A stretch of 63,511 nt of DNA, filler included, from Choristocarpus tenellus KU-1152 (GCA_964200185.2; 9 parts of 9 records of this genome joined end to end with filler, not necessarily neighbours in it); one strand, 5' to 3'. Numbered from the whole stretch's first letter, positions 13,530 through 25,996 are shown. The notes: generated by a model not told the origin, from the sequence alone. A program made the numbers and translations.

Positions 13530-14369
13530 GTAGGATCCCTTCCACGGGTGAGGTAGCTCATCCCCCCCCCCCCCTCCCTGTGATGGTACTTATCTCTGTC
13601 ATACCCTCCGTTTCTCTTTTGGAGAGTTTTTGGATGTGCTACCCTTCTTCCCCACACACAGTTTCGAATTCAAGCCCCCTAGGAAAATGCTCAACTTAGG
13701 AAAGTACAAAAGCTTTCAAATATTCCCCTTGTAACTTGATGTGTGTATGTATGGGGGGGGGGGACAGAATCGATTGGAGTGGTTCCGCTGCCATTTTTTT
13801 TAAAATGAAAGACAGCATCCTGATTGGTTAAAAATCAAACCTTTTATTTGGATGCCACCTATTGTCTTGTCCTCTCCTCATTCCATCCCTCCTTTTTTTC
13901 TCAAGGATGGATGTGACTTGGGTCTGTCAAGTACTAAGATCTATCACTATTCCACCCTAACCCTAATGTCTGCCCCGGTGGACATAAAAAACAACTTGAC
14001 ATTATCTCAGCCCTCGACAGGGGTACAGTTCATTTCTGCTCTGCACCTCATAGGACATCGTTCAGGAGCGCTCTGGAAGTGGAATGTTACCTGAAAAGTT
14101 TGACCCTGAGGGAGATGCACTAGGAGTTGTGAATGCACAGAGTTCCATCAACCCTCTCGATGAGGGCACACCGAGGGCACATTTAATTAGCAAGATACGC
14201 TAAACCCCTTGCCTGCCTGCCTCCATGCCTGTGTCAAGTTTTTTTTTTTCTAGACACTAAGAGTCACGGCGTTGTACCAGTCCTTAGCATCGGGCAGCTC
14301 TGCTTATGAGCGAGCAGTGCATTCTTTTTTTTTTCTGCAATTAAAAATATATATATATATATTATTATT

Positions 14370-14404
<35 letters not shown>

Positions 14405-14407
<3 letters not shown>

Positions 14408-14527
14408 TGAAAGTATCTTAGAGGGTACGATTTTTGCTCTCTTTGTCCATTTGGGGGCTTGGCTTCCCTTGGGGGTCTTTATGACATTTTCCTCCTCCAA
14501 AATGTTTCGAGTAGGTAAATTGTAATC
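14405..14527. mobile_element. MITE family A, truncated by gap, preceded by (GT)n microsatellite
   Basis: GAGTGAAAGTATCTTAGAGGGTA terminus. Confidence 0.8.
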
Positions 14528-14627
14528 NNNNNNNNNNNNNNNNNNNNNNNNNNNNNNNNNNNNNNNNNNNNTTAATTAATTAANNNNNNNNNNNNNNNNN
14601 NNNNNNNNNNNNNNNNNNNNNNNNNNN

Positions 14628-14910
14628 GATTAGCGCGGATCTTGAATACCATAGATCCGCTTTTTTGTGGTCTCTAGTGTTTATTTAAATACTAAATCCG
14701 CTTTTTGGCGTCTTTAGTATTTAAATAAATAGTGGGTACCAGTTGGAAGTGTCCTTTTAGTTTCTGAAAATTGGAAACGTGTGAGACCCATAAAGTGCGT
14801 TCTTGGTATTTTAAAAAACCCTAAGAACGGTTATTACTGGATTTACTATTTATAAAAACCCCAACGCACGTATAAAATGGATCTTTATGTATTCTAGATC
14901 CGCGCTGATC
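14628..14910. repeat. Long imperfect inverted repeat (foldback)
   Basis: GATTAGCGCGGATCTTGAATAC at 14628 pairs with GTATTCTAGATCCGCGCTGATC at ~14889-14910. Similarity extends inward. Confidence 0.55.
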
Positions 14911-15056
14911 GGTATTACCTAAAGAACCACTTTTTATCGCCTCAACAGTTTATGACAATCCAAATGTCCGATTTGGTGAGATTTTGTACTTCAAATATGT
15001 AGAGGGTTAGAGTTGTTTTTTGACGTTTTGGTTACTGAAAATGGAAAACATAAAAG

Positions 15057-15639
15057 ATCAATTAAGTATGTGATTGGTATCTTAAAAAATAAAAATAACT
15101 GATAAAATTGGATTTATTAAAAATAGAAATCGCGGATATAATTGATCTACAACTTCCAAAAAATGTTACGCACGGATTTTCAGGAACATGGATCTCAGGG
15201 TGGTCCCACCGATCGCCTGAGGCTCAAACAAAGTTGGTTTCGGAACATTGGAAATGTACAATATCAATTAAGTATGTGATTGGTATCTTAAAAAATACAA
15301 ATCACTGATAAAATTGGATTTTATTAGAATAGAAATCGCGGATATAATCTGATTTACAACTTCCGAAAAATGTAACGCACGGATTTACAGGATCATGGAT
15401 CTCAGGGTGGTCCCACCGATCGCCCGAGGCTCAAACAAAGTTGGTTTCGGAATATTGGAAATGTACAATATCAATTAAGTATGTGATTGGTATCTTAAAA
15501 AATACAAATCACTTACATAATTGGATTTTTTAAAATAGAAATCACATATATATTCTGATTTACAACTTCCGAAAAATGTAACGCACGGGTTTACAGGATC
15601 ATGGATCTCATGGTGGTCCCACCGATCACCCGAGGCTCA
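15057..15639. repeat. Tandem repeat, ~206-207-bp unit, about 2.8 copies
   Basis: ATTAAGTATGTGATTGGTATCTTAAAAAATA recurs at 15061, 15267 and 15474. Confidence 0.9.
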
Positions 15640-16274
15640 GAGCCAAAGTATCTTAGAGGGTAGGGCCGCGCCCATTTGGGGGCCAAAATCCAATGAGTGA
15701 AAGTATCTTAGAGGGTACAAGTTTTTTCCTGTTTGTCCATTTGGGGCTTGACTGCCCGCATGTTTTTTACGACATTTTTACCTACTCCAGGATATTTCGG
15801 AGTAGGTAAAATGTATACGTTATGAAAAGGAGTGTCCAGAACAAGGATATTGAGATCTCCTAACAAAAATGATAAGCCAAGATTACATCAGAATTGCGAC
15901 ATTGGATTTTGGCCCCCAGATGATAATGGACGCGGCTCTACCTCCTAAGATGCTTTGGCTCAATGCTGCAATTTCGATGTATTTTCGGTTATTGTGTTTG
16001 TTAGGAAGTGTCAATAGAGTCAAAGTATCTTAGAGGGTAGGGCCGCGTCCATTTGGGGACCAAAATCCAATGTTGCGATTTGGAGGTAATTTTGGCTATC
16101 TTGTTTGTTAGGAAGTGTCAATATCCTTGTTCCGGACAAACCTTTTCATAAAATGAGCATTTTACCTACTCCGAAACAATTTGGAGTAGGAAAATGTCAT
16201 TAAAAAAACATGGGAAGACAAGCACCAAAGGGACAAACCGGGTAAAACGTGTACCCTCTAAGATACTTTCACTC
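15640..16274. mobile_element. Cluster of three nested family A MITEs (host from 15640; inserts 15695-15961 and 16017-16274)
   Basis: The host sequence AAAATCCAAT|GCTGC is interrupted by a complete inverted copy. A third copy follows. Confidence 0.8.
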
Positions 16275-16867
16275 ATTTATATTCATATATTGTGTTTTGT
16301 TTTCCTCATGGTACGATTACTTTTCTTTTTTTAAGTTTTGGTCATTGGTTTTGATACATATTTTTTTTACATTATTATTTTTTTTAGCTATTGTTGCATT
16401 TATCATTGTTTATTATTACTATTCATTTGTCATGTTGTGCTGTCCTGGAGCCCTGTTGCATTTTATTATTTTTGTTCATTTGTTTGTGTGGGCACGCAAT
16501 TTTTTTTCCGCTACCTCACGGGACGACCTGTGGATTTTTTTTTTTAGTTTTTTAACTAATTTTTTTTCTTGTAACATTTATATTTTTGTAGATGTTAAAA
16601 GAAAAATATTTTAAAATTTCCTTCGCTTCGAGTGCAGTTGCTTGGTTGTTTATCAAACATTTGACAATTAAAAAAAAGTCAAGTGTGATAGCACTGTAGT
16701 CATTTAAATTTGTCTTCACTGAAAAAAAATGTACTGGTAGTTCAAGTCTATTGCAATTTTTTTTTTGTTTTAACGGACTGTCTGCCCCCCCCCCAGGTGT
16801 TTGTGATGTTCCTGTTTCCTCTAATCCTAACCCTAAGTCAGATGCGCGACTGACATTGGAAGGCTTT

Positions 16868-17140
16868 GAGTCAAAGTATCTTAGGGTTAGGGTAGAGCCG
16901 CGTCCGTTTGGCGGCCAATATCCGATGTTGAAATTTTGATGTAATTTTGGATATCGTATTTGTTAGGAAGAGTCAATATCCTTGTTCCAGACACACCTTT
17001 CAATAATAACCTATACATTTTACCTACTCCAAAATGTTTCGGAGTAGGTAAAATATCATTAAAAAAAAACAACTTGGGAAGCAACAAGCCCCAAATGAAC
17101 AAACAGGGCTACACTCGTACCCTCTAAGATACTTTCACTC
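16868..17140. mobile_element. MITE family A with TTAGGG-expanded left TIR
   Basis: GAGTCAAAGTATCTTAGGGTTAGGGTAG...TACCCTCTAAGATACTTTCACTC. Flanks CTTT/TTTT. Confidence 0.85.
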
Positions 17141-17469
17141 TTTTCCTCTCCTTGACTGTCATAGTGTATTGATATGATCGTCAAGTGAAATACTCTCATG
17201 GCTCTCTCTTGGCCGTTGCTTTTTTGAACAATGTAAAAGAGATCTTTGAATTTTACGTTTTTCTACTAAATGTACTAATAAATCTCTCTCAATATACATA
17301 CACTAAAAAATAATGTGATTGCAGTTCTTTTTTGGATGAATCTGTACTGATGTTGCTACTGTGCTGCTTGTGCCAAAAATGGCAACATATTCATTTCTCC
17401 CCCACCCTCCAACATACCCAATGCTGTTTCCCTTCTCCATCTGTCTATCTGTTAAAATCTACCTGCTTG

Positions 17470-17765
17470 GGCCGGACTGGGATGAACTGAACTGAACTAA
17501 ACTGGACTGGACTGGACTGGACTGGACTGGACTGGACTGGACTGGACTGGACTGATATAACCACCAAACTGTGTTGAACCAATCCAAACCGAACCATACC
17601 CAACCCGGATGAAACCTGGTTGAACCAATCGGACTGCGGATTGAACCAATCCGGACTGCACACTGGAACGGACCGGACTGGAACCAACTGGATCTAACTG
17701 AACCGGATCGGACTGGGCAAACCGGGTGGACCGGAACTTCTCCGGACCGTGGACCATTTGTTGGA
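17470..17765. repeat. (ACTGG)n pentamer microsatellite grading into AACCG/GGACCG-rich short repeats
   Basis: Directly visible pentamer periodicity. Confidence 0.8.
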
Positions 17766-18833
17766 CCTGATGTCACTACCGCCACTGTATGTTGCGACAC
17801 TCCAAGACCCGGCCTGACTCGCCTTTGATGGCAATGCAAAACAGCGTCCGATTATCTTCAGGGTTTTCCCAAAAGCCGGAGGGGCGTGTTGAGGCTGGCA
17901 TGTTTTCACAGGTGTTGCGCGACAAAGCATGCAGTTACATTTTTTGTGTCTTGTTCTATAGGCCGCTCCCTGTACTCAACCTGCTGTTTGTAGTACACTT
18001 AAGACACATGTCTTTTTGGAATGGTTCTGATTCGAGAGGTGCGGTAGGATGGTAGGGTTAGGGTTGGCGCTCTTCATCAACACTGACGAAAATAAACTCC
18101 AACAAGTACGAAGCGAGACTTGAAAAAAAAAAATTGTGAAGGACCTTCCATTAAATAGTATCAAGTGCTGTGTTGTAGTACAAGTGCATGGACCTGTTGT
18201 TAGTTTTCTGAGGTTGTATCTACTTACGTGTATTTGTATTGTGGAGGATTCCCCCACCCCCCCCGCATGCCCCTTGCCCCGCCACCTCCCTACTCTATGG
18301 TCCATTACACCAATGCTCAAAAAGAATGACCCCTTGTTTCCCTTGTTTTACAGTTTCGAATTTGATGCAGTTATTATCCAAAGTGTCGGTTGAGTATTTA
18401 TTGTGAGCTCCACACCTGTAAAACAAGGGAAACCTGTGCTTGTTCTCTTTTTTTTCTCCATGCTCGTCTACTCCAGCAGGAAATGTCAGTGCTCAATCGC
18501 TACGTATTATTTTTCTTGGTTACGACAATAGATTAGTGCATTTAAGAAAAAAAAAATACTTCGTGTTGGCTGTCTGAGAGGGTCCCAGACCTTGGTCGAG
18601 GGGTAGTCAGTGGAAGGCGTTACATACTACCTCTGAGGGGAATAGTTGTATTGATGCCAGTATGTACAAAAACCCCTGAGTGCTTTTTGGTATGGATACA
18701 AATGTTGCTTGGTTCATTTGGTGTCCTTTATGAGTGTAGGACACACACACACACACATACACACACACACACAAACATAGAGAGACCCTTGACTTATCGC
18801 TATCTATTCCTCCATCTCTTCTTTGTCTGACAG

Positions 18834-19409
18834 ATGGAGATGCTCAAGGGTCTGCTCGCGGATACGGCCGACCTGGTCACGCAGACTTCTTCCTTCTACG
18901 ACAGCTACTCCAGCCTTCACGCAGCTCTGGGCCGGGTCTGGGTCAAGCATCTGTCACCTAACCCTAACCATAGCTTGAACCAACAGCAACGACAAAAGCG
19001 GCAACATGGGCAGCAGCACCATCATCATCGTGGTGGTAGTGTTCAAGAACGTTCGCCCCCTGTGGCAGAAAACACGCCAACCAAGGTGGACAATAAGGAA
19101 GGCATGTTTACAAGGGGAAATAACAGTGGAAGGGATGGGAGTGGGGGGAAGAGAGAGGCAGGCAACAGTAAAGCCTGGTCAGGAGGGGGTGTGGACGGGA
19201 GAAGGGGTAGTGGTCAAGACCAGTGTGGGCTTGGGGGCCGGGACCATGGGGGGGAGGAAAGGGAGGGGGTGGAGGTGGGACAGGTGGCAGAGGAGCTTGT
19301 TCGTGGACTTGACCGTGATTGTTACGCCCTTCTGGATTCGAATGCACGACTGTGTTTGGGACTACAGGAATTGGGACTGGATTACATGCACCTGTTTCGG
19401 ATGGGAGAG
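18834..19409 (+). CDS. Internal exon (192 codons) of an unidentified host gene; possible terminal exon 20754-20786 (DLRRRAERCI*)
   Basis: Pyrimidine tract + CAG acceptor, GAG|GTGAGT donor, open frame with helical ends and a Gly/Gln-rich insert. Confidence 0.55.
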
Positions 19410-20931
19410 GTGAGTGCAGTTAGGGCTAGCATTAGGGTTGGGGTTAGGCTGAGAAATGCACTTATCTATATTAATAGTACATATTGATGGTGTTAGTGAT
19501 AGAATACTCCAATGTAGTTTTATTACAGTGGATCGATATTATGTCCTGTTTAGCAAAGGCGGATTTGTGTACGGGCAGGCAACTGCATCTGTGATACACC
19601 ATAGAGACGAAAATGTTGATAATTGTAACTCTCGATAGCTGCAACCAAAATCCAGACGCTATTTGAGTACTCCTCGAGAAGATTGTACTGCTGCTGTTAG
19701 TTACCCAGTGCTGTATTCCGAATTCCCTGTGTTGTTTGCTCTTAAGGTGTGGCGAGGTGACGATGACGTGGTCTGTTCGTTTTTTTAAAGAATAAGTATC
19801 CTCTTGGTGTGTTGTATATTTTACTCTAATGCATGTCTTTTTCTTCTTCTTTTTCTTTTTCTTTTTTTGCATGCGTGTGGTGTTTTTTGTTTGTTTGTGA
19901 ATAGTGACGGCTCAATTGAGTTGTGTTTTTTCTCTTTTTTTGAGGATAATATATATATATATATATGATTAAACAAAAACGACTATCCATTAGATCGGTC
20001 TTGTGCACAAGATGTACGGTTTGCATTGTTACAACTTCCTCACGGTGCTTGGATGTGTTGCTTCTTCATGGTCACCTTGCCGCAGCACCTACTTCGATTC
20101 AGTCAGATGAATAAAAACCGTTTCCGGATGATTATATTTATTTCTATTCAAGAGTGCCTTATTTGCCACACTTTTTTTTCCTTTGTAGATTCCTGTTGTT
20201 CTCTCTCTCTCTCTCTCTCTGTATATATGTTGTTTTTGGGACAATAATAATAATAATGTTAACAATACTAGAAAATGTATATTTATTCGTGAACTCATGT
20301 TTTACAACAATCTTGTTGAAGTAGTAGTAGTAGTGGTAGTAGTGTTGACATGTGATGTGATGAGGAATAGGTATGGTGTAGGTTCTGTGTCGACCATTGT
20401 TCAGAGCACGATACCAAGAGGAAAAATATGGTATTTTGAACAGTCAGCCGAACAAACTATTGCAATCAGAAAGCGTTTGTTTCCTGGTCAACGTCGGAAC
20501 CCATCCCCGACCGCGTGTTGTGCAGAGTCATACAGTGCCTTGCTAGTGACGCTTGTTTCAACTTGTACCGGTTGTGAAGTGAATCGCTACCTTTGATTTC
20601 TACTTTCTAGTAAATTTTACTGCTTGTACCTGCGCACCATGCAAAAACCAACATACTTGTATCTATATATGTTTTCTTTCTTTCTCTTTCTTTCTCTTTC
20701 TTTCTCATCCTTGTCGGGTGGTTCCATGCTGCATTGATGATTGTATCAATCAGGACCTGCGTCGAAGGGCAGAACGCTGTATTTGATTGCTATGTCCATT
20801 GCCCGTCTAGATGTGTCGTTAACTATTGTCAAGTGCACTTCAGTAGTGGTCATCTCTGTCTTTATTGGCTTCCGATCGAGAGTCCTTTTCCTGGACTCTT
20901 GCCACCAATGGGCATCATATCTTCCCGCCAT

Positions 20932-21213
20932 GGATTCGAAGCCTTAAGAGGGTAGGACTGTGTCCGTTCAGGGTCATAAATCCAATGTTATGATTTTGAT
21001 CAATTTTGGCTATCATGTTTGTTAGCAAGTGTCAATATTCTTGCTCCAGACACACCTTTCATAGTCGTGTACATTTTAACTACTCCGAATCATTTCGGAG
21101 TAGTTACTGTGTTCACACCAAAAAACGAAAAAGGGCGTAAAGAAGCTATGGAAAGCCAAGCCCCAAACGGACAAACAGGACAAAACTCCTACCCTCTTTA
21201 AATGCCTTGGGTG
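20932..21213. mobile_element. MITE family C
   Basis: CTTAAGAGGGTAGG...CCTACCCTCTTTAAATGCCTTGG, with internal similarity to families A and C. Confidence 0.7.
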
Positions 21214-21339
21214 ATGAAAAATCGGCAGTGATTTTTTCCTCTCATGGATGAAGAGAGTTGTCGTCGGGAAAGAGGCCCAGCCAGGGTTTGTTCGTGTGCC
21301 CCGTCCGTATGACTCAGTTCTAAATTTTCGGTTTCAGAG

Positions 21340-21721
21340 GAGTTGGATAAGTTGTTTCCTCGTTTCCGTTAGGCCTTAGTTCGTGAGATATAACTTCTGT
21401 TGACCAGTACATCCAAACGAAATGGAGAATCGATTTGATTCATGCGTATATTCTGGTAGTTCTTCTCCTTGACCATGCAGCCCAGACAGTTACGAATGGG
21501 TTGGGAGGGAGTACAGCGGAAATCCTTGTGGAGTTGGATAAGTTGTTTCCTCGTTTCCGTTAGGCCTTAGTTCGTGAGATATAACTTCTGTTGAACAGTA
21601 CATCCAAACGAAATGGAGAATCGATTTGATTCATGCGTATATTCTGGTAGTTCTTCTCCTTGACCATGCAGCCCAGACAGTTACGGATGGGTTGGGAGGG
21701 AGTACAGCGGAAATCCTTGTG
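21340..21721 (+). repeat. Direct tandem duplication (191 bp x2) of copia LTR-like sequence
   Basis: Units at 21340 and 21531 are nearly identical. Similar to 29590-29710 (GGCCTTAGTTC..GAGAT..AACT..CATCCA..GGAGAATCGA). Confidence 0.75.
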
Positions 21722-21729
21722 GACGTATA

Positions 21730-24700
21730 TACAGACCGGTACGTGTGTTGCACCATCACTCAAGAACTATGGCTGGTGTAGTTTCCTTGCAGGATGCCGA
21801 CAAGAAGGAGTTGAACATCGCTGACAAGGTGTGTGCTTGATTCAACATTGTTGACGCGAAAAGAAAGGCACGGATGGATGGGGGCGGCCTTCAGACAGAG
21901 AGGAAGAGGGAGAGAGTGGGAGGCTTTTGAAAGAGAAGGAGAGGGACCTTCCCGCCCCATGTGGAACAGAACAAATGATGGTGGTCTGGCAGCTGATGAC
22001 CGGCAGTGGCAGTTCCAATGGGATTACCTTTGTTGTGGGTTATGCACCAACAGGATAGGCCTTAAAAGTGGCCATGAGTGCTTTCTGGGAGAAGCTCCAC
22101 ACTGCTGTGGTACAGAAGACTCCCGACAAGGACAAAGCTCTTCGCTCTGATGGATGCAAATGCTCGCGCTTGGAAGAGAGGGAAGGGAGTGGGAATCGCG
22201 ACAATAGGATTCTTGAGGCGTATGGACAAGATGTATTGATTAGAAATGGTAAGAGTTTGTTGATGTTTGCACTGATGAACAGACTTGCACGTGTCAACAC
22301 GTTTTGCTGTGTATTCAAGGGAAAAGGGCCCCGTATATGTGGCCCATAGTAGCCTTGAGGGTGGGGAGTGTTCAGACCAGGTCGTCCATTCAGGGCTTGA
22401 TAGGGTGTTGTAAAATACCCCCGTTTCATGCCGGTTTTGTGGGTGATTTCTATCGGATTTGGTCCAGGCATGCAGTGGAAAAGGAAGTTGCATCCAGATG
22501 AAGGAAATTGCCTTTGTATCCGAACATTTTACTCAAATGACACGAAAATCACTACAGGGTCACAGAGGCCGCAAATAGACTCCTGATCCCCTATCTAGGA
22601 TACTATGGACCATGTATTTGGGTCATTGAGGAGTTTCTTCGTCTTAGTAAAGTCAGGCTGATTGTCATGTTGGGAACTTGAGGTGTTGCCAACGAAATCG
22701 GATTGCCGCATCATATCGGTATCTTTATGTCTCCTTGTTGTCTTGCTTCCAGTTGCAAGGTGCAACCGGGTAGTAAGGAATGTATATTCATCAACCAATT
22801 AGCCCTGGCGTCTACACCTCCCTTGAGGTTTGAACTAGCGAATTTGTCAGCTATAATAATCCTCGCAGTAGAGAGAGTGCCTCTCACATGCATCTGTCAT
22901 GAGTCTGGACGGCTGCTTAGGGAGCAAGCACCCATCATGGAACGATGGAAATACTTTTCAGTGCTCCTTAACACCAATTCGGTTGATCTCAACCCTAATA
23001 ATGCTGAAGCCCTCGATCAACGACCCATATCCATGGCCCTTGCTATTTCTCCGACAATGATGGAAGTGGTTGAAGCACTCCAGTTGATGGGATATGGGAA
23101 AGCTGTAGATCCCAACAATCTTCCAGTTGAGCTCCTAAAGTTTGACCTACAGGAGGATATGGCTATCCCCCAGGGTTTCCGTAAGGGTTGCATTGGCTGG
23201 CTGTGTGGAACAAGGAAGTCATGCCACAAGTCTTGAAAGGTATGATCATCACCATGCTCTACAAGAACAAGGATCTCACTGATTGTGTCAACTAAAGGAG
23301 GTTTTGGTGGCACATACTGGCAAAGCCCTCCTCAAAGTTGTTTCATGGTGGTTGGGGGATTACCTGGAATGGGAGGACATCCTTCATGAGGGACAATGTG
23401 GTTTCCAGCAGCCTCAATGCTGCTACACAGTGGACATGATGTACACTGTATGTGCTCTCCAAGAGCTTGGTCGGGAAAAGCCTGTACCCCTAATCTTGTG
23501 TTTGTTAATCTACAGAAAGCAGTGACTCTGTTGGTCGTGATCTCCTGTGGTTTATGCTGGCCAATTTTGGCTTACTTCCAAAGATGATCTTTGCCATCCG
23601 TCAATTCCATGATGGTATGAGAGGATTTGGTCACATGGATGATCATGAATCCAAAGACTGGTTCGAGGTTGGACAGTACCTTCGGCAGGGGTGTGTTCTT
23701 GCTCCAATCCTCTTCAACATCTTCGCTATATTGCCAAGTGTGGCAATTAAGGTCTTTGCCTTTGACTCAGCCATCTCCAAGGAACTTATTGTCATCAAGA
23801 GATTGGTAGCAAACAACCTGTTCAGAGGAGGAAGAGCATCGGGGAGTGGGACAGCGCTTGGGCAGCTTTTGTGGGGTATGCTTCATGCTGATGATGCAGA
23901 CGTCGTCTCCAAGGCTCAACATAATTGGCCAGGATAGTGATCGTTCTTGTGTAGATGGTCAAAACATTCGGTCTGACCGCATCAGTTTTGAAGAGGAAGA
24001 CTAAACGACTTTGCCCTCTTATTTCGGATGCCAAAACAATGAAGAATCAAGCACTGGACCAGACCTACAAGAACACCCATAATTTTACCTTGGGTGAATC
24101 ATCAATGGCGGTGCCACCATTACTGCTGACATCAGCCAGAGGATTTAGAAAGCTTGGAGTTGTTTTCGCAAATATGTCAAGTGCGTTATGACTGGACCTC
24201 AGGTGTCTCACTGGAGCTTAAGATTCAAAGACTCCACGCTGAAGTGCTTGAAGTTCTGTTTTATGGTTGTATGACATGAATGCTTCACCAGGTTCATTTT
24301 TTGAAGCTCGTCTCACACCATCATAAACTCCTCCTCCATTGCATAGGTTTCCACAAACAGGAATGCACCAATCATGCCCTCTCCTACAAAGAGGCTCTTA
24401 TGAAGGCTACTGGGTGGGAGAATATTGAGTCAATGGTGAGGAAGCAGAGGGTCCTATTTGCTGGGCCAGTTACTTGTATGGGGGAGGAACGACTTCCCAA
24501 GATAATGAAGTTCGGGGGGAGCTTGTGAATGGAAAACGGAAGCAAGGTGGACAGGAGAAGAACTGATGGACATTTAATCTTACACGGACATGACAACTTT
24601 TGGGATTAAAGTTGAGGATTCGAGCACGGGAGCCAATACCTGACAGGAGTGGTACGAGTATGTGGGTAACAGCACAACGAGGGTTCATGGTCAAATATCA

Positions 24701-24975
24701 TCCCAAGCGAGTTGTGATAGCTAATACACACCAAACCAAAGCAGAAGCTAAGGTCGCCCAGGCCACTAACACCGCCGCCACCTTCCCTCATGTCCGTAGG
24801 ATGCTGTTTTCTTCGTGGGCTTATTTTCTTGCATCGTTTGTTCATTTTCTTTCTCCTGAGGGTTCTATTCTTCCTTTTCATTTCTAATCTTCTTTGTTTT
24901 CTTTTTCTTCCACAGCTTTTTTATTTGTTCCTCGATGCCTTTTCTCGAGAAGTGTTTATTGGTTCTTTGTACTAC
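21730..24975 (+). mobile_element. Degenerate RTE-like LINE (APE endonuclease + RT)
   Basis: ITFVVGYAPT, LMDANAR, NRLARVNTF (endonuclease). HEGQCGF, LRQGCVLAPILFNIF, LHADD (RT). MGEERLPKIMKFG C-terminus and T-rich 3' tail. Many frameshifts. Confidence 0.85.
22341..22611. mobile_element. MITE family D inserted in the LINE endonuclease
   Basis: TIR GGCCCATAGTAGCCT / AGGATACTATGGACC with exact ATGT TSD. Confidence 0.7.
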
Positions 24976-25190
24976 TAGACCACGGGTCTGGTATTCCTCA
25001 GACTCGTGTGATGATAAATGATCAATTAAATTAATATTAAACTGATTGTTATGATGAGCTTGAGTCTCTTCGCACATGTGTCTCATCACAAGATATTTTA
25101 TGATAGTGAAGACAAGGAAACAAGGGTTCACCCAACCGAGGTCACTCATCTGTTCTACAACAACACGACCTCTAGCAAAAGGGGAATTGT

Positions 25191-25435
25191 TAGCCAAAGC
25201 ATTTAAGAGGGTAGGGCCGTGTACATTCAGCTTCATAAATCCAATTTTTCGATTTTGATGAATTTAGGCTATCGTGTTTGTTAGCAAGCGTCAATATCCT
25301 TGCTACAGACACACCTTTCATAGTCACATACATTTTAGGTAACTGTGTTCACACAGAAAACCGAAAAATGACATGAAGTCAAGCCCCAAACGGATAAACA
25401 GGACAAAATTCTTACCCTCTTAAATACTTTGACTC
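25191..25435. mobile_element. MITE family C inserted in the copia 5' LTR
   Basis: TIR AGCCAAAGCATTTAAGAGGGTA / TACCCTCTTAAATACTTTGACTC with exact TTGT TSD. Confidence 0.85.
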
Positions 25436-25996
25436 TTGTGCGAGACTCCTTTACTCTCTTCTGGACTCCTGTCTCTATTCAATCTTCACTATTCAGAAGT
25501 ACCAATCTAAGGATTTAAAAGTGCAGAGGTTATTGGCCTAGGAAGTATGGCGAACGATCTGAAGAACCTCCCTGTGTGAACGGGCACAGCAGAGCAATCA
25601 TTGAAGACCTGGTCTACATGGATTCTGTCAGTAGTAAGTCACGCTGGAGGAAGAGACCCGTACAATATCACAACGATAGAGTTGAGACATCCTGAGGTTC
25701 CTATGGCCACATCTGAAGCAGCAATACACACCGTATTTGTAACTCACACCAAGAACATGTCATAATGGTTCCTTCTAGCGCAAGGCACAAGAGAATCAGC
25801 AGTGGGAATTCTTGCCAGGTACAAGAACAAGGGTGAAATGTACGAAAGGGGGGCATAGTTGGACCTGGAATGAGTCTGCGGGGGAAGCACACAGGAGGAT
25901 AAGGTCCCCATAAAACTAGTAAAACTGGAGACACGCCGTACAGAAGTTCAGTGCTCTGCACCACAGGACAGCACCCGACTTCATCATCGAACCCAA

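Noticed and set aside
15057-15639. 206-bp and 42-bp (44258) repeats as CRISPR-like arrays
   Set aside because: Units are contiguous tandem copies without unique spacers, and there are no cas genes.
16249-16614. Hydrophobic Phe-rich 'membrane protein' ORFs (also 24790-24978, 33184-33585)
   Set aside because: By-products of T-rich non-coding sequence.
17445-17839. QSSPV-repeat ORFs
   Set aside because: Translations of the (ACTGG)n microsatellite in several frames.
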